A stretch of 34,109 bases of DNA from a virus. Taxonomy: Duplodnaviria > Heunggongvirae > Uroviricota > Caudoviricetes. The notes beneath the pieces are model-generated. The model had not been told where the DNA came from. It ran no database searches and worked only from the letters and a program-made list of their open reading frames with translations. A program made the position numbers and the translations under genes. The stretch covers positions 1-34,109 of the IMG/VR virus record IMGVR_UViG_2913167280_000005. The stretch is one strand, 5' to 3'. This document shows, piece by piece, positions 1 to 9,691 of this stretch. Position 1 is the first letter of the stretch. Each line of letters opens with the position of its first letter.

Positions 1-285
1 ATGGGCACACCACGATTTACCCCAGAGTTTAAGGAGGAAGCTGTCCGTCAGGTTACTGAACGGGGCTATTCCGTTGCCGATGTTTCTGAACGCCTCGGCG
101 TATCGGCTCACAGCCTTTATAAGTGGGTCCGGTCAGTCAGACCGGATAACAGCGAGCATCAGGCGCAGGATTTACTGGATGCGCGGACGGAGATTCTCAG
201 GCTTAAAGCGCAGCTTAAACGTACTGAGGAAGAACGGGATATTCTGAAAAAGGCAGCGCGGTACTTTGCAAGGGAGCCCGACTGA
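1..285 (+). CDS. IS3-family transposase OrfA (HTH DNA-binding part)
   Basis: 94-aa ORF starting at window position 1; motif FTPEFKEEAVRQV and a leucine-zipper-like C-terminus as in IS3-family OrfA (family knowledge). The true start may be at or upstream of position 1. Confidence 0.85.
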   Translation: MGTPRFTPEFKEEAVRQVTERGYSVADVSERLGVSAHSLYKWVRSVRPDNSEHQAQDLLDARTEILRLKAQLKRTEEERDILKKAARYFAREPD

Positions 286-332
286 AGTACCGCTTCATCA
301 ACGATCACCGTGAAATCTGGTCGATCGTAACA

Positions 333-1136
333 ATGTGTCGGGTTCTGAAGGTCGCCCGTGCGGGATTTTACGTCTGGCTTCATCGCCCTGTTTCTGCCGG
401 AGAAAAGGATAATCAGCGGTTGCTGGAGCTCATCCGCGATGCTTATGCACTGAGCGGCGGAGTCTACGGTTATCGCAGGGTTCACGGCGATCTTCGTGAA
501 ATCGGTGAAGTATGCAGCAGAAACCGAGTTGCCAGAATCATGAAGCGGAACAGGATACAGGCCGTACATGGCTATAAGGTCCCGCGTGGCGTCAGGGGAA
601 GGCCGTCACTGATAGCTCCTAATCGCGTACAGCGGGAATTTACGGTGGTAAAACCCAACCAGGTGTGGGTAACTGATATTACCTACATCCGCACCTGGCA
701 GGGTTGGCTGTATCTGGCGGTGGTTATCGATCTTTTTGCCCGTAATGTGGTGGGCTGGTCGATGAAACCAACGCTGTCGCGCGAGCTGGCACTGGATGCG
801 CTGCTGATGGCAGTCTGGCGGCGTAAGCCTGCAGAAAACGTCATAGTGCACAGCGATCAGGGCAGTCAGTATGGCAGTGATGACTGGCAGCGGTTCTGCA
901 GGGCCAACAATCTGGCGCCGAGCATGAGCCGTCGTGGCAACTGCTGGGATAATGCGGTGGCAGAATCGTTCTTCAGTTCACTGAAAAAAGAGCGCATCAG
1001 AAAGCGGATATATAAAACCCGGGACATGGCCCGGGCGGATATCTTCGATTACATTGAAGTGTTCTACAACCGGACCCGACGCCACAGTCATCTGGGTGGC
1101 GTCAGCCCGGAGGCCTTCGAAAAGGCCTCACCGTGA
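333..1136 (+). CDS. IS3-family transposase OrfB (DDE catalytic domain), likely made as an OrfAB fusion by -1 frameshift near 247-252
   Basis: 267-aa ORF with rve-type integrase-core motifs (VWVTDITYI, LYLAVVIDLFARNVVGW, GNCWDNAVAESFF); the frame is open upstream to the slippery site. Confidence 0.85.
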   Translation: MCRVLKVARAGFYVWLHRPVSAGEKDNQRLLELIRDAYALSGGVYGYRRVHGDLREIGEVCSRNRVARIMKRNRIQAVHGYKVPRGVRGRPSLIAPNRVQREFTVVKPNQVWVTDITYIRTWQGWLYLAVVIDLFARNVVGWSMKPTLSRELALDALLMAVWRRKPAENVIVHSDQGSQYGSDDWQRFCRANNLAPSMSRRGNCWDNAVAESFFSSLKKERIRKRIYKTRDMARADIFDYIEVFYNRTRRHSHLGGVSPEAFEKASP

Positions 1137-1330
1137 GGACAGAAACTGTCTACCGGAATGTGGTCACTCCATACCTTGATCATCAAAAGCTGGTATTTTA
1201 TTAGCTCGTTCAGCAGAAGACGGTAACTGATTAATTTGCTCAGGAACCCGTAATGTACGACCTAAGTTAGTGCTGGCAGTAGAGTCAACATAGTTCTTTG
1301 TGGCTGCATCCTGCGGCTGAGATGGGTCTT

Positions 1331-1765
1331 TTAAATTACGGATGTAATTATTAGTGCATCATAATAATTTGAGATAAAGGAAGGCTTACGAAGGGCTAGC
1401 CGAAGGAAACCGAAGCATTGCTGTATCAGCATTGTCAACTTATCGAAAGCATCCTCGTGAACCTCGGCGAAAAACTTCCCCTGATTACGGAGATCAATCT
1501 CCTGGGTAACCGGCAGGTCGCGAGAGATCGAAATCTGCCAGGCAGTAGTGAGTGGCGTAGCCAGAACTACATTGCCGCCGGAATATGACCCGGCACCTTG
1601 CACTGTGTAATCAGTGTCAAGAATCAGCGTGGTTAGGTTCTCGTCAAGATCCACAACCTGTACAACCAGGTCGGCTTTCTGGAAGATTCGGAAGGTGTAT
1701 GGGAATGAAGTCGTGACTCCGTTCCCGTTATATTCATTGTGGTCGACTTCGGTAGAGACCGTCAT
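1331..1765 (-). pseudogene. tail fibre/tailspike gene, N-terminal particle-binding fragment only (truncated)
   Basis: Starts MTVSTEVDHNEYNGNGVTTSFPYTFRIF, recalled as the conserved N-terminus of enterobacterial phage tail fibre/tailspike proteins; ATG at 1765 with GGAGA 7 nt upstream (track ORF begins at an upstream GTG at 1804). Only 144 codons, with no distal receptor-binding or catalytic domain, and it ends about 200 bp from the IS. Confidence 0.55.
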
Positions 1766-1865
1766 GTCTTTTCTCCAGATGTTCAGCGCCCGGCGCGCAT
1801 ACACATCTCCATTCTATTACCCATAAATCCTTATATGAATCGAATGAATAACAATCAGTTGTTTT

Positions 1866-1882
1866 ATTACCCTTTGGGTAAT
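1866..1882. promoter_or_regulatory. operator-like dyad ATTACCCTTTGGGTAAT (site G)
   Basis: Perfect 17-bp dyad read directly; lies in the intergenic region between the tail fibre start and the plus-strand 86-aa ORF. Confidence 0.35.
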
Positions 1883-1958
1883 TTGCACAACGTGCTGGAT
1901 AGGCTGCGAAACTTCTGATATATGTATATATATACAGTGCTCGCATGGAGAACACGAG

Positions 1959-2219
1959 ATGCAACGGCAGTATCATCACCCTCTGGAAGATGGATTCGCA
2001 GAACGCATACACACGCCGGGAGGCGTAAGATCCCTGATTGAAGAATCGCACCTGATGGACTTGCTGAGAGAGTTGCAAAAAGACGGGTACGACGTTAGCG
2101 GGGCAACGGCGGAACTTACCGCGCTTGTTAACTACGTCACAAGCTCACAAATTTCTATGAAAGATTTGCAGACACATCTGGACTACTGCGCCATGCAGCT
2201 ACAGCAGCAACTTAGATAG
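1959..2219 (+). CDS. hypothetical 86-aa protein encoded antisense to the late operon (moron-like)
   Basis: ORF with GGAGA 7 nt upstream of its ATG, preceded by an AT-rich tract (TATATGTATATATATACA) and followed by a GC hairpin at 2231-2246. No recognisable domain. Confidence 0.35.
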   Translation: MQRQYHHPLEDGFAERIHTPGGVRSLIEESHLMDLLRELQKDGYDVSGATAELTALVNYVTSSQISMKDLQTHLDYCAMQLQQQLR

Positions 2220-2230
2220 TAAGAATGGAA

Positions 2231-2250
2231 GGCCGCAGAAGCGGCCTTTG
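2231..2250. terminator. GC-rich hairpin (GGCCGC-AGAA-GCGGCC) with short T tract; possible bidirectional terminator
   Basis: Stem-loop read directly; followed by TTTG on the plus strand and by TTCCATTCTT on the minus strand. The U tracts are weak. Confidence 0.35.
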
Positions 2251-2261
2251 TGACATGTCAC
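2250..2261. repeat. 12-bp palindrome GTGACATGTCAC, copy 1 of 3
   Basis: Exact palindrome overlapping the stop codon of the 64-aa membrane-protein gene; the same motif recurs at 20545 and 22897. Confidence 0.45.
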
Positions 2262-2452
2262 AGAAGAGGAAGTTTGAACACGATCGCCGCCAGCACCACA
2301 AACGTTAGGAAGTAGACAGCTTTTGACGATGTTTCTCCTAGCAAGCCCTTATCAATAGCAAAGATTATCGCCCACAAATATGCGGTTCCGCAGGCAACAA
2401 CCACAGCAAACCAGAAGATAATCAGACCTAGCTTCAGTAAAATATCCATCAT
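2258..2452 (-). CDS. small membrane protein (64 aa, 2-3 predicted TM helices); virion/ejection-associated or holin-like
   Basis: Strongly hydrophobic sequence (LGLIIFWFAVVVACGTAYLWAIIFAI, AVYFLTFVVLAAIVF); start overlaps the stop of the upstream gene. Confidence 0.5.
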   Translation of the reverse strand: MMDILLKLGLIIFWFAVVVACGTAYLWAIIFAIDKGLLGETSSKAVYFLTFVVLAAIVFKLPLL

Positions 2453-5205
2453 TGCCCTACCGCCTTACCTAAATCCGGCGCACGTCTTGGCGCTGTATCA
2501 CCAGGCTCCCACCAACTGGTGGTGTTGAACTCCCGCTGGGCCCGGTCTCTCACCCTATCGTTGTAGCCAGGGTTTGCCATCTCCTGAAGCTGTTGCAGGA
2601 TCAGATGATTGGTCACCGCTTTAGCATACCAGAGGTTGGCGAACGGGGTGATCATGCGCGCCGTCTTCAGCGCATCGGCGCCGAATGACGTCTCTTCACC
2701 TTGTAGCGCCTTCTGTGGGTTGGTGATGAGGAGTTTAGTCAACTGTTCAGCGAAGCTCAGTACAGGGCCGCCCAGAGTGGCCGCAATACTGGAGCCGTAC
2801 TGCGTGTGGTCCTGGAACAGGAAATCGCCGTAGATGCCGAATGAACCACCTTTAAGCAGCGGCTGAATCCACGTCGTAGGCTTCGTCATATCAAGCGGGT
2901 CATTACCAGTAAGCAACGAGTTCATCTGGTTGGCAAACATGCCTGCCAGCGTTGTTCCAGCAATGTATGACGCAAGGAACTTGATACCGGGCACGCGGTC
3001 AAGATCTATTGTACGGTTAACCAACTGACGGAACCCGGCAAACGACGTGGTTTTGAATAGCATGAAGCTCTTCACCAGTTGTCCGGCATCATCACGGGCA
3101 TATGTATCCAGCCCGGTCGCCGTCGTGATGGCACTGGTCATTTCTCCGTGTGTGACACCCAGCAGTTTTTGAGCCGCTTCAGCACGGGCATTACGAACCA
3201 TGCGAGCAACAGTCTGTTCTGCCTCTGCATCGAACGCCTGTTTCATCCTGGTTCGACGTTCCTGTGGGATATCACCAAGAGCCGCCAAAGCGGTTTCACT
3301 CCCGGCCCTAACCTGCGCAATTCGATCAGCCATGATTGCGTGTATCGCTTCATCAGGTACGGCGTAAATCGCGTCCGGTGTCATTCCCATGTGGCCTGCT
3401 GTGGTCATTGGCCTGAGTTCTGCTGCCGCCATGATAGCCCAGTCCTCATTGCTCCAGCCTTTGCTGGCAAGAATGGTCTTGTCTGACCCCTTCACCTCAT
3501 CCAGCGTTTTAAAAGTGCGTGTCAGTTCGCCGATGTTCTTGTACATCAGCAGACCGAACGAAGCTTTGTTGGCGCGGTCCATTGCGATAAGACCGGACCA
3601 CTTCAGCGTCTTCTCAGCAAACCAGCCGGTGATGCCACGTGACAGGTCAAAGCCGCCCATCTTCGATACCACTGCGGCATGAGAATCCACCAGCAGGCCA
3701 AGCTCAGCATTAGCTCGCTTTGCGTCACCGCTGAACAGGTTTTTGATGGTGTTAGCAGAGAGACGCATACCGCCTCGCGAGAAGCCAAGAGCCTGAGCGT
3801 TGGCACGCATGATGGCCTGGTCACTGGTCGCCGTCAGAACGCTGGTACCGAGCATGGCGCTGGTCATCAGGTTACGCAGACCGCCGACGGCTGACGTGAA
3901 CACGCTTGATTCCTGCACGCCATTCAAACCGGCCATTGAGTTAAACATGCGCTCAACCATCGTTTTCTCGCTGTTCATCTTACCGACGTCTTTACCACCG
4001 GTGACTGCACGCTGATAAATCCTGTCGTTAATCAGCTTGAAGTTATTCGCCGCGTCTGGGCCAAAGGCCTTTACAGTGCCCAGGTCTCGAGACGATGACT
4101 GAAGGTGTGACATCATCACGCCGACAACCGGCTGTTCGGTGTAGCGTTCCATGTACGCGAAGTGCGACTGTGCATCCTTGAACGCCATCACCCTGCTCTG
4201 CGAACCACGATTTTTAATGCCACCTGTTCCCATGAATGCGCCGGGGTCCAACTTGTTCGCACCGTCTGTCGCCTTGGTTTCGTAAATGGCCTCCAGCGCC
4301 TGGCGGTACTCGATGTCATTCATCGGTGAGCCGTCGAGATTCACATACTGCGAGCGGTCTTGCGTGTTGTACACGTCGTCGACCCAGGCCTGTTTAGCAA
4401 ACTCAATCGGCGGCTGCCGTCCTGATAATCGAGCCTTGGCCTGCTCCGCTGCAGAAAGGCTGGCAAGCCATTCATCGCGGCCTGAATTACGGATAAGGTC
4501 AGCATCGTCGACATACGGCAGATTCCAGTTATCACGCTGCCCGATATCAAACCCGGCGTCGTTCATCTCCTGACGAGCCCGGCTGGTCACATCACCCCAG
4601 ACCTGAGCTATTTTCTTCGCCTGTGGGTTGCCCGTGTCTTCACCGTAAATCTCTTTGAGGATCTGCAACTGCCCGGACTTCGCCACGCGCTGATCGAACA
4701 GGCTGCGGAAGCGTTGCTCGCCGAGTGCCTTACTCTGCTCGAAAAACTTCTGCACTTCTGGCCCGGCCTTCAGTAGTTCGGCGCTTAGTTGGCGAGACCA
4801 GTCCTGATATGCGCCGGTGGCGAGTTCTTCCGCCGAGGTAACAGGAATATCAGTTCTGTCTGTTGTACGACGGCCGGAGAAAATAAGTTGCTGGAGGTTG
4901 GCTGGGGTTTGCTGCTCTGGCGGGATGGCGGCATCCAGCGTATCGGTGACTTTCGATATGGCAATCGCATTTTGCGCAAGGCGCTGGCGCTTCTTATACA
5001 CGTCATGCACCACGCGCTGGCGAACCAACTCGGCGGCATCCATATATGTCTGAGCGTCGGGGATACCAGTTTTGCCTTCTCGTGCATTGTTGCGGCTGAC
5101 CTGACGGACGGCTTCCTTGATGCGGTCCTCAATATTTTTCAACTCATCGGCCTTTGGCTTGCGCCCAAGCGTCTGCGCAATGGCTTCTACACATGCCTGT
5201 TTCAT
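2449..5205 (-). CDS. large internal virion/ejection protein (about 918 aa)
   Basis: Long ORF in the structural operon; ATG at 5205 overlaps the upstream stop (TAATG) with GAGGAA upstream (track start is a GTG at 5226). Function is from size and position in a T7-like gene order. Confidence 0.6.
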   Translation of the reverse strand: MKQACVEAIAQTLGRKPKADELKNIEDRIKEAVRQVSRNNAREGKTGIPDAQTYMDAAELVRQRVVHDVYKKRQRLAQNAIAISKVTDTLDAAIPPEQQTPANLQQLIFSGRRTTDRTDIPVTSAEELATGAYQDWSRQLSAELLKAGPEVQKFFEQSKALGEQRFRSLFDQRVAKSGQLQILKEIYGEDTGNPQAKKIAQVWGDVTSRARQEMNDAGFDIGQRDNWNLPYVDDADLIRNSGRDEWLASLSAAEQAKARLSGRQPPIEFAKQAWVDDVYNTQDRSQYVNLDGSPMNDIEYRQALEAIYETKATDGANKLDPGAFMGTGGIKNRGSQSRVMAFKDAQSHFAYMERYTEQPVVGVMMSHLQSSSRDLGTVKAFGPDAANNFKLINDRIYQRAVTGGKDVGKMNSEKTMVERMFNSMAGLNGVQESSVFTSAVGGLRNLMTSAMLGTSVLTATSDQAIMRANAQALGFSRGGMRLSANTIKNLFSGDAKRANAELGLLVDSHAAVVSKMGGFDLSRGITGWFAEKTLKWSGLIAMDRANKASFGLLMYKNIGELTRTFKTLDEVKGSDKTILASKGWSNEDWAIMAAAELRPMTTAGHMGMTPDAIYAVPDEAIHAIMADRIAQVRAGSETALAALGDIPQERRTRMKQAFDAEAEQTVARMVRNARAEAAQKLLGVTHGEMTSAITTATGLDTYARDDAGQLVKSFMLFKTTSFAGFRQLVNRTIDLDRVPGIKFLASYIAGTTLAGMFANQMNSLLTGNDPLDMTKPTTWIQPLLKGGSFGIYGDFLFQDHTQYGSSIAATLGGPVLSFAEQLTKLLITNPQKALQGEETSFGADALKTARMITPFANLWYAKAVTNHLILQQLQEMANPGYNDRVRDRAQREFNTTSWWEPGDTAPRRAPDLGKAVGQ

Positions 5206-7142
5206 TATGGATTCCTCAGGAAGCACGCCGCCGCAACGGAGTAAACTTTCGATTTTGCTTTTGCAGTCTGGATCTGCTCGTCAAAGTCAGCCAGAACATC
5301 GGATAACTTCATCTGCTGCCCGGTGTCAGGATGCGTTACGGTCAGATCAGGATTAGCTGTCGCCATGTCGCGCGCTGCCATCAATTCATAGTTGTTGTCA
5401 GAAATGGCCTGTCCACTGTCCGGATCAACGCTTACCTGTCCGGCATCTTCATCAACACGAGAAAATGCGCTTTCGCTGCGTGGAGCCTGCGCCTCCATGA
5501 CGGCATCACGCGGCGTTTCATAGTGAACGCCATTCTCCTGGAAAACCTGCTCCATTGCATGGTACTGATCGTTGGCTGACTCCAGCATGCCAGGACGCGC
5601 CGGGCCATCCAGCCCACGCGCCTGCATAACGATGTTAACCGGCTGGCCTTCTGACAACTGACGGGCTGCCTCATCCATGGCGGCCACATGGCTGTTAATA
5701 CTCTCGTTTGTACCATGCAGTACTGGTGCAGATTCGATGTCGTAATACAACCCCTCGTTCAGCGTGTGTGCCGCGTCAATGTCGCTGGGTTTGATTGGTG
5801 TTTCCGGAACCAGGCCGCGCATACTCTCAGGAATGATCCCCTGTTCCATACGTGATAAGTCGGCTTTTGCCTCGTAGAACTGGCCGCCTGGCTCATGCGG
5901 AGCCAGGGTGTCTCTGGCGTTTTGCAGACGGTCTCGCGCAACAGTCAGCTGATTGCTGATATCGATTAATTTCTCACGATTGGCTTCGTAGTAGCGCTTG
6001 TTGGCACCCGCTGAGCCGGTCGGCTGAGCATCACGAATTGCCTTTTCCTCGGCCTCCAGTCGCGCCACAGTTCGCTCACCATTGGCAATATCTGATTGCC
6101 ACACTTTCCTGTCACCGCGTGACATCAGTTTCCCGGCGCTGTCCTGTAGTTCTGCCATCCTGGAATCGAATGTTGCTGGTGGCTGCACTGCATCTGTAGG
6201 CGTTCCGATCTCAACAGTTGCTTGCTGCGTAGCATCGACAGGAGCAGCATCAGGTGCAACAATTCCATCAGGTGCGCTCTGCACCTCAGCCGCCGGGATA
6301 GGCGCTTCCACATCGACAGGGTTTGCTGTATCAGTGGCAACCGTGTCGGCACCATCAGCACCGCGCGCAGAAAGATGGTGAGCGCCACCGAACGCGCCGC
6401 CCAGTACCGCATCAATCATCACAGCCTGTCCATCCCATACGCGGTACTGCTTCGCCATATCGGAATAGCCTTTTTCTTCCAGCGTTTCTCCGACGGAAAA
6501 ACGGTTTATACCGCCGAATCCGACGTTGATCCCCACGCCTGAAGCGATACGCGTCAGCAGTGTTTTCCCAAGCGCGGCAGGAAGCGCCATACCCGCAGCG
6601 TTGAAGGTACTTTGCTGCGCTGCGAGATTACGCGCCGTGGACTCATCCACTCCCTTAGCTCTGAAATCCTGATAAGACTGCTCATAAGTAGAGCCGAATG
6701 CCGTTGACGCACCAATAACCGGGCCGCCAGCGATCGTTGCACCAATTGCAGGAACGAACTGGCCCAGACCATTTAACACTTCGGCGGCAGTTCCCTGGCT
6801 TGCCGGGTCTGGTTTGACGTATGCACGCGCACTCTTCAGCGAGTCACTCAGGCTGTCGTAGCTTTCATTGAGCTGCTTGTCAGCATCAGGGAACATCACG
6901 CGGAACATATTCACCGTCGGGGCTACAGCATCAGCCAGAGCAGGATCGCTGATCAGCCGCTTACTGAATCCCACAGCCGACTGCGCCAGCCCCGTAGCGC
7001 CCTCCGCAATGCCGCGCGGCAATGCAGACGCAGATCCCTGAAAGAATGTCGGGTCGTAGTCTTCTGGCCTGGCTGGGTTGGCCTGTGTCTTGTCATCAGT
7101 CCATGCCTGGCCTTCTGGTGCCAGCGAAAATACATCTGCCAT
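5205..7142 (-). CDS. internal virion/ejection protein (645 aa, Ala/Gly-rich segments)
   Basis: ATG at 7142 overlapping the upstream stop; composition and position typical of podovirus core proteins. Confidence 0.6.
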   Translation of the reverse strand: MADVFSLAPEGQAWTDDKTQANPARPEDYDPTFFQGSASALPRGIAEGATGLAQSAVGFSKRLISDPALADAVAPTVNMFRVMFPDADKQLNESYDSLSDSLKSARAYVKPDPASQGTAAEVLNGLGQFVPAIGATIAGGPVIGASTAFGSTYEQSYQDFRAKGVDESTARNLAAQQSTFNAAGMALPAALGKTLLTRIASGVGINVGFGGINRFSVGETLEEKGYSDMAKQYRVWDGQAVMIDAVLGGAFGGAHHLSARGADGADTVATDTANPVDVEAPIPAAEVQSAPDGIVAPDAAPVDATQQATVEIGTPTDAVQPPATFDSRMAELQDSAGKLMSRGDRKVWQSDIANGERTVARLEAEEKAIRDAQPTGSAGANKRYYEANREKLIDISNQLTVARDRLQNARDTLAPHEPGGQFYEAKADLSRMEQGIIPESMRGLVPETPIKPSDIDAAHTLNEGLYYDIESAPVLHGTNESINSHVAAMDEAARQLSEGQPVNIVMQARGLDGPARPGMLESANDQYHAMEQVFQENGVHYETPRDAVMEAQAPRSESAFSRVDEDAGQVSVDPDSGQAISDNNYELMAARDMATANPDLTVTHPDTGQQMKLSDVLADFDEQIQTAKAKSKVYSVAAACFLRNP

Positions 7143-8122
7143 TATTCGACCCTCACCACGATAGCCTGCCCTGTTTTCGGATCGGTTGCCCAGCGCCCAC
7201 TGCCGCTAACCATCCTGTACTGTCCGTTACCGATATTCACCGGCGTGAAGTTGCTGGCGGCGTTTTCGTTCAGCCCGGCATCTTTAAGCGCCTGCTGCGC
7301 TGATACGGTATAGCGGTCCTTGAAGGTGCTTTTGTCCATGCCAAACGGCATTACCACATCGCCACCATTGAATCCCTTATAAATACCACCAGTTGCCATC
7401 TGCGCAGCTTTGGAAACCACATCTGAATTCGCCGCGTCTGTGCGTGCCAGGCCGCTGTCACCTGACTGATATGCAATACCAGCATACGCAGCCTTAAACA
7501 GGCTATAGCTCATCTGGCGAGCCTGAGCGTTATAGGAAAACGAGTTGCCGACCTCATCATCGAAAGCGCGCTTGAGCTTGTCATCGCTCGGCAGTTGGAC
7601 GGGCTGAATGCCGGAGTCCTTCATCGCCTTCGTCGGATTCAGCAACTGATCCCCGGCCAGAATAGTTTTTGAAACGTCGTACTTGTTCATAGTCGGCTTG
7701 TAGCCAATGAACTGATCGTACGAAATAACCGGGTTCTTGTTGTCGTACTGGTTGTCAGGCGTACCAAGCAGCAGCGCGGAATAGGCCGTCGCCGCATTGT
7801 TCGGAGCAATAGCCCCGGCTACCTGCCGCATTGCCGCCGGTGGCAGTGATTGCCCCATGCTCTGCAACAGGTTAATGGTCTGATTAACGTTCTGCGTGCC
7901 GCGAACCTGCTGCGCCAGTGTAGCCGCCTCTTCGCTTGAAAGGATTGGCGCAGTGATACCGAGTTGCTTAAGCCCTTCCTGCGCAGAGAAACGGCTGGAA
8001 ACTTCTTTCGTGATGTCCTGCGGGTTGTTGGTGCTGAGCGGGTGATACGCGCCAATATCGACTGCCGCGTTGAACGGGTTATTCTGGCGATCGCTGATAA
8101 CCTTTGTAGCAGCCGTTTTAAC
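7142..8122 (-). pseudogene. open reading frame continuing the 8123-9682 gene past an in-frame TAG; no independent start signal
   Basis: Same reading frame as the 519-codon ORF. The 85 codons between the TAG (8123-8125) and the first start codon (TTG 7867, ATG 7858) contain no stop and no ATG/GTG/TTG, and there is no Shine-Dalgarno before 7858. The translation looks protein-like (VKTAATKVISDRQNNPFNAAVDIGAYHPLSTNNPQDITKEVSS...). Confidence 0.45.
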
Positions 8123-9682
8123 CTAGTCGAATAACTGAGCGCGCGACGCATACCCCTCGCCAGTTTCGCCAGTGTCAGGTCGCAGTTGATTCACATAGGC
8201 AGTGATGCTGCTAGTCGGCATATTGCGGAATGAGCCAATGTACTGACCGGCAACCTGAGTATTCTTGAATTCGGTATAACGGAGATTTCCTTCACGTACA
8301 CCATAAGCCGCCATGAATGCCGCTTCATCAGGTGGGTTGGGGAACTCAACGCCGCGCATGTATGCGGCGGTGGCATCGCGTACCTGACCATCAATAGTGG
8401 TTTTGTACTGCGCTTGCTGCTGCTTACGCATCTGGTCAGCCTGGCGCATAAACGTTGCCTGAGCTTCTGGTGAGGCAGCGTCAAACGCCGCATTCCCGGT
8501 GTAACGCTTCCCGACCGTCGGCAACTCTGACAGGCCGAGCGCAGCGCTAACTCCGCTGCCGATCTGCTCTTTGGTGTACGGCTGATCCCCGTTCTCATGC
8601 TTGATGATTGCCGAGCACAGCGCACTCAGTGTGTCAGGGTTTGATGCGTCAATCTGCTGATCGGGATGAACACCAAGTTGAGCACAGACGGCTTTGACAT
8701 AAGCAGACGTATCGTTGTTGTCACCAGGCGGTGCCCAGCGGTTAATGATGTCGTTTACCGTATCAATGCCCTGACGCTGGTATGAAAGTAGATTGCGACC
8801 CAGCGCACGAATGCCATGCTCTGGCGTTTCGAATTTGGCAAAGCGGCCGTCATCACCATTCTGGCCTACCCACGGATTAGACTTGCTGTATTCGAGATTA
8901 CCGGGGTTGTTATTTCGGATGCCGCGCGCACCTTCCGCGCCGGAAACATCTGGAGTGCTGGCAACGGCCCGGCGTGAACCAACAACCGTGTCACTAAGCT
9001 CCCCATTCTTCTCGATGAATTCCATGGAGTTATTAGCTGACCATTGCGACAGCGCGTTATCGGCCACCTTCTCTTTGAACTCATTTTTTTTGGCGGTGAT
9101 TTGCTCAGCACTCCAGCCATGCGCCGCACAGTAATCATCAATCTGCTGGAATGTCTGCGAGTTAGCATTAACGTACGCGGCATTATTGCCGTACATCGAT
9201 GCGGCAGTTTTCCCGTTATTCAGCAAAGTGGCCTGGAACTGGCCTTCTTCGTAGGCATTGAGTTGCCCGACTTCATGCCGCCCGGCCTGTGCAGTGAACT
9301 GTATGCGCTGATTCTGAGCTTGCTGGAGGAATCCAGCCCGTGCAGACTCCGGCAGCGTTAGTGCCAGTTCCTGCGCTTTCATGTCGAATTGCTGGGTGTA
9401 CTCCTGGCCTTTGCCAAGAGCATTTTTTCCCTGAAGATTAAGCAGACCCGTATCCGGGTTTGTCATCAGATCACTGGCTGTCTGGCTCAGTTGCAGCGAT
9501 GCATCCTGAGACATGGCAACGTCGGCGCGCAGCTTGGCCTGACCGAGAATGTTCACATACTGATCGGCAACATTCGCCAGGCCACCGCCGAACACATCCG
9601 GGGATGCCTGCACATTGAAACCGCCAGTTGATACACCGCGGCTCTCAACCTGACGACCAGTTGTAGTTGGAACTACTGGCAT
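8123..9682 (-). CDS. internal virion protein, N-terminal part (519 aa), terminated by an in-frame TAG
   Basis: ATG at 9682 with strong AAGGAGGA upstream. Contains a conserved-looking block GIRNNNPGNLEYSK...RWAPPGDNN that I cannot assign to a family. Confidence 0.6.
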   Translation of the reverse strand: MPVVPTTTGRQVESRGVSTGGFNVQASPDVFGGGLANVADQYVNILGQAKLRADVAMSQDASLQLSQTASDLMTNPDTGLLNLQGKNALGKGQEYTQQFDMKAQELALTLPESARAGFLQQAQNQRIQFTAQAGRHEVGQLNAYEEGQFQATLLNNGKTAASMYGNNAAYVNANSQTFQQIDDYCAAHGWSAEQITAKKNEFKEKVADNALSQWSANNSMEFIEKNGELSDTVVGSRRAVASTPDVSGAEGARGIRNNNPGNLEYSKSNPWVGQNGDDGRFAKFETPEHGIRALGRNLLSYQRQGIDTVNDIINRWAPPGDNNDTSAYVKAVCAQLGVHPDQQIDASNPDTLSALCSAIIKHENGDQPYTKEQIGSGVSAALGLSELPTVGKRYTGNAAFDAASPEAQATFMRQADQMRKQQQAQYKTTIDGQVRDATAAYMRGVEFPNPPDEAAFMAAYGVREGNLRYTEFKNTQVAGQYIGSFRNMPTSSITAYVNQLRPDTGETGEGYASRAQLFD

Positions 9683-9691
9683 AAATCCTCC

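Larger units (their letters stand above)
1..1200 (+). mobile_element. IS3-family insertion sequence, partial in window (left inverted repeat lies outside; right end not resolved, somewhere between 1140 and 1330)
   Basis: OrfA followed by OrfB in the -1 frame with a G-AAA-AAG slippery run at 246-252; the OrfB frame is open back to the slip site and reads ARLKYRFINDHREIWSIVTMCRVL, the typical OrfAB junction. The right boundary is inferred only from the usual 20-70 bp spacing after the orfB stop. Confidence 0.8.

Noticed and set aside
606-851. 81-aa antisense ORF inside the IS3 orfB
   Set aside because: Embedded antisense ORF with no support; the transposase frame explains the region.
7819-8151. 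110-aa minus-strand ORF spanning the junction between the two internal-virion-protein ORFs
   Set aside because: Arg-rich junk-like translation in a different frame; the protein-like frame is the one continuous with the flanking genes.
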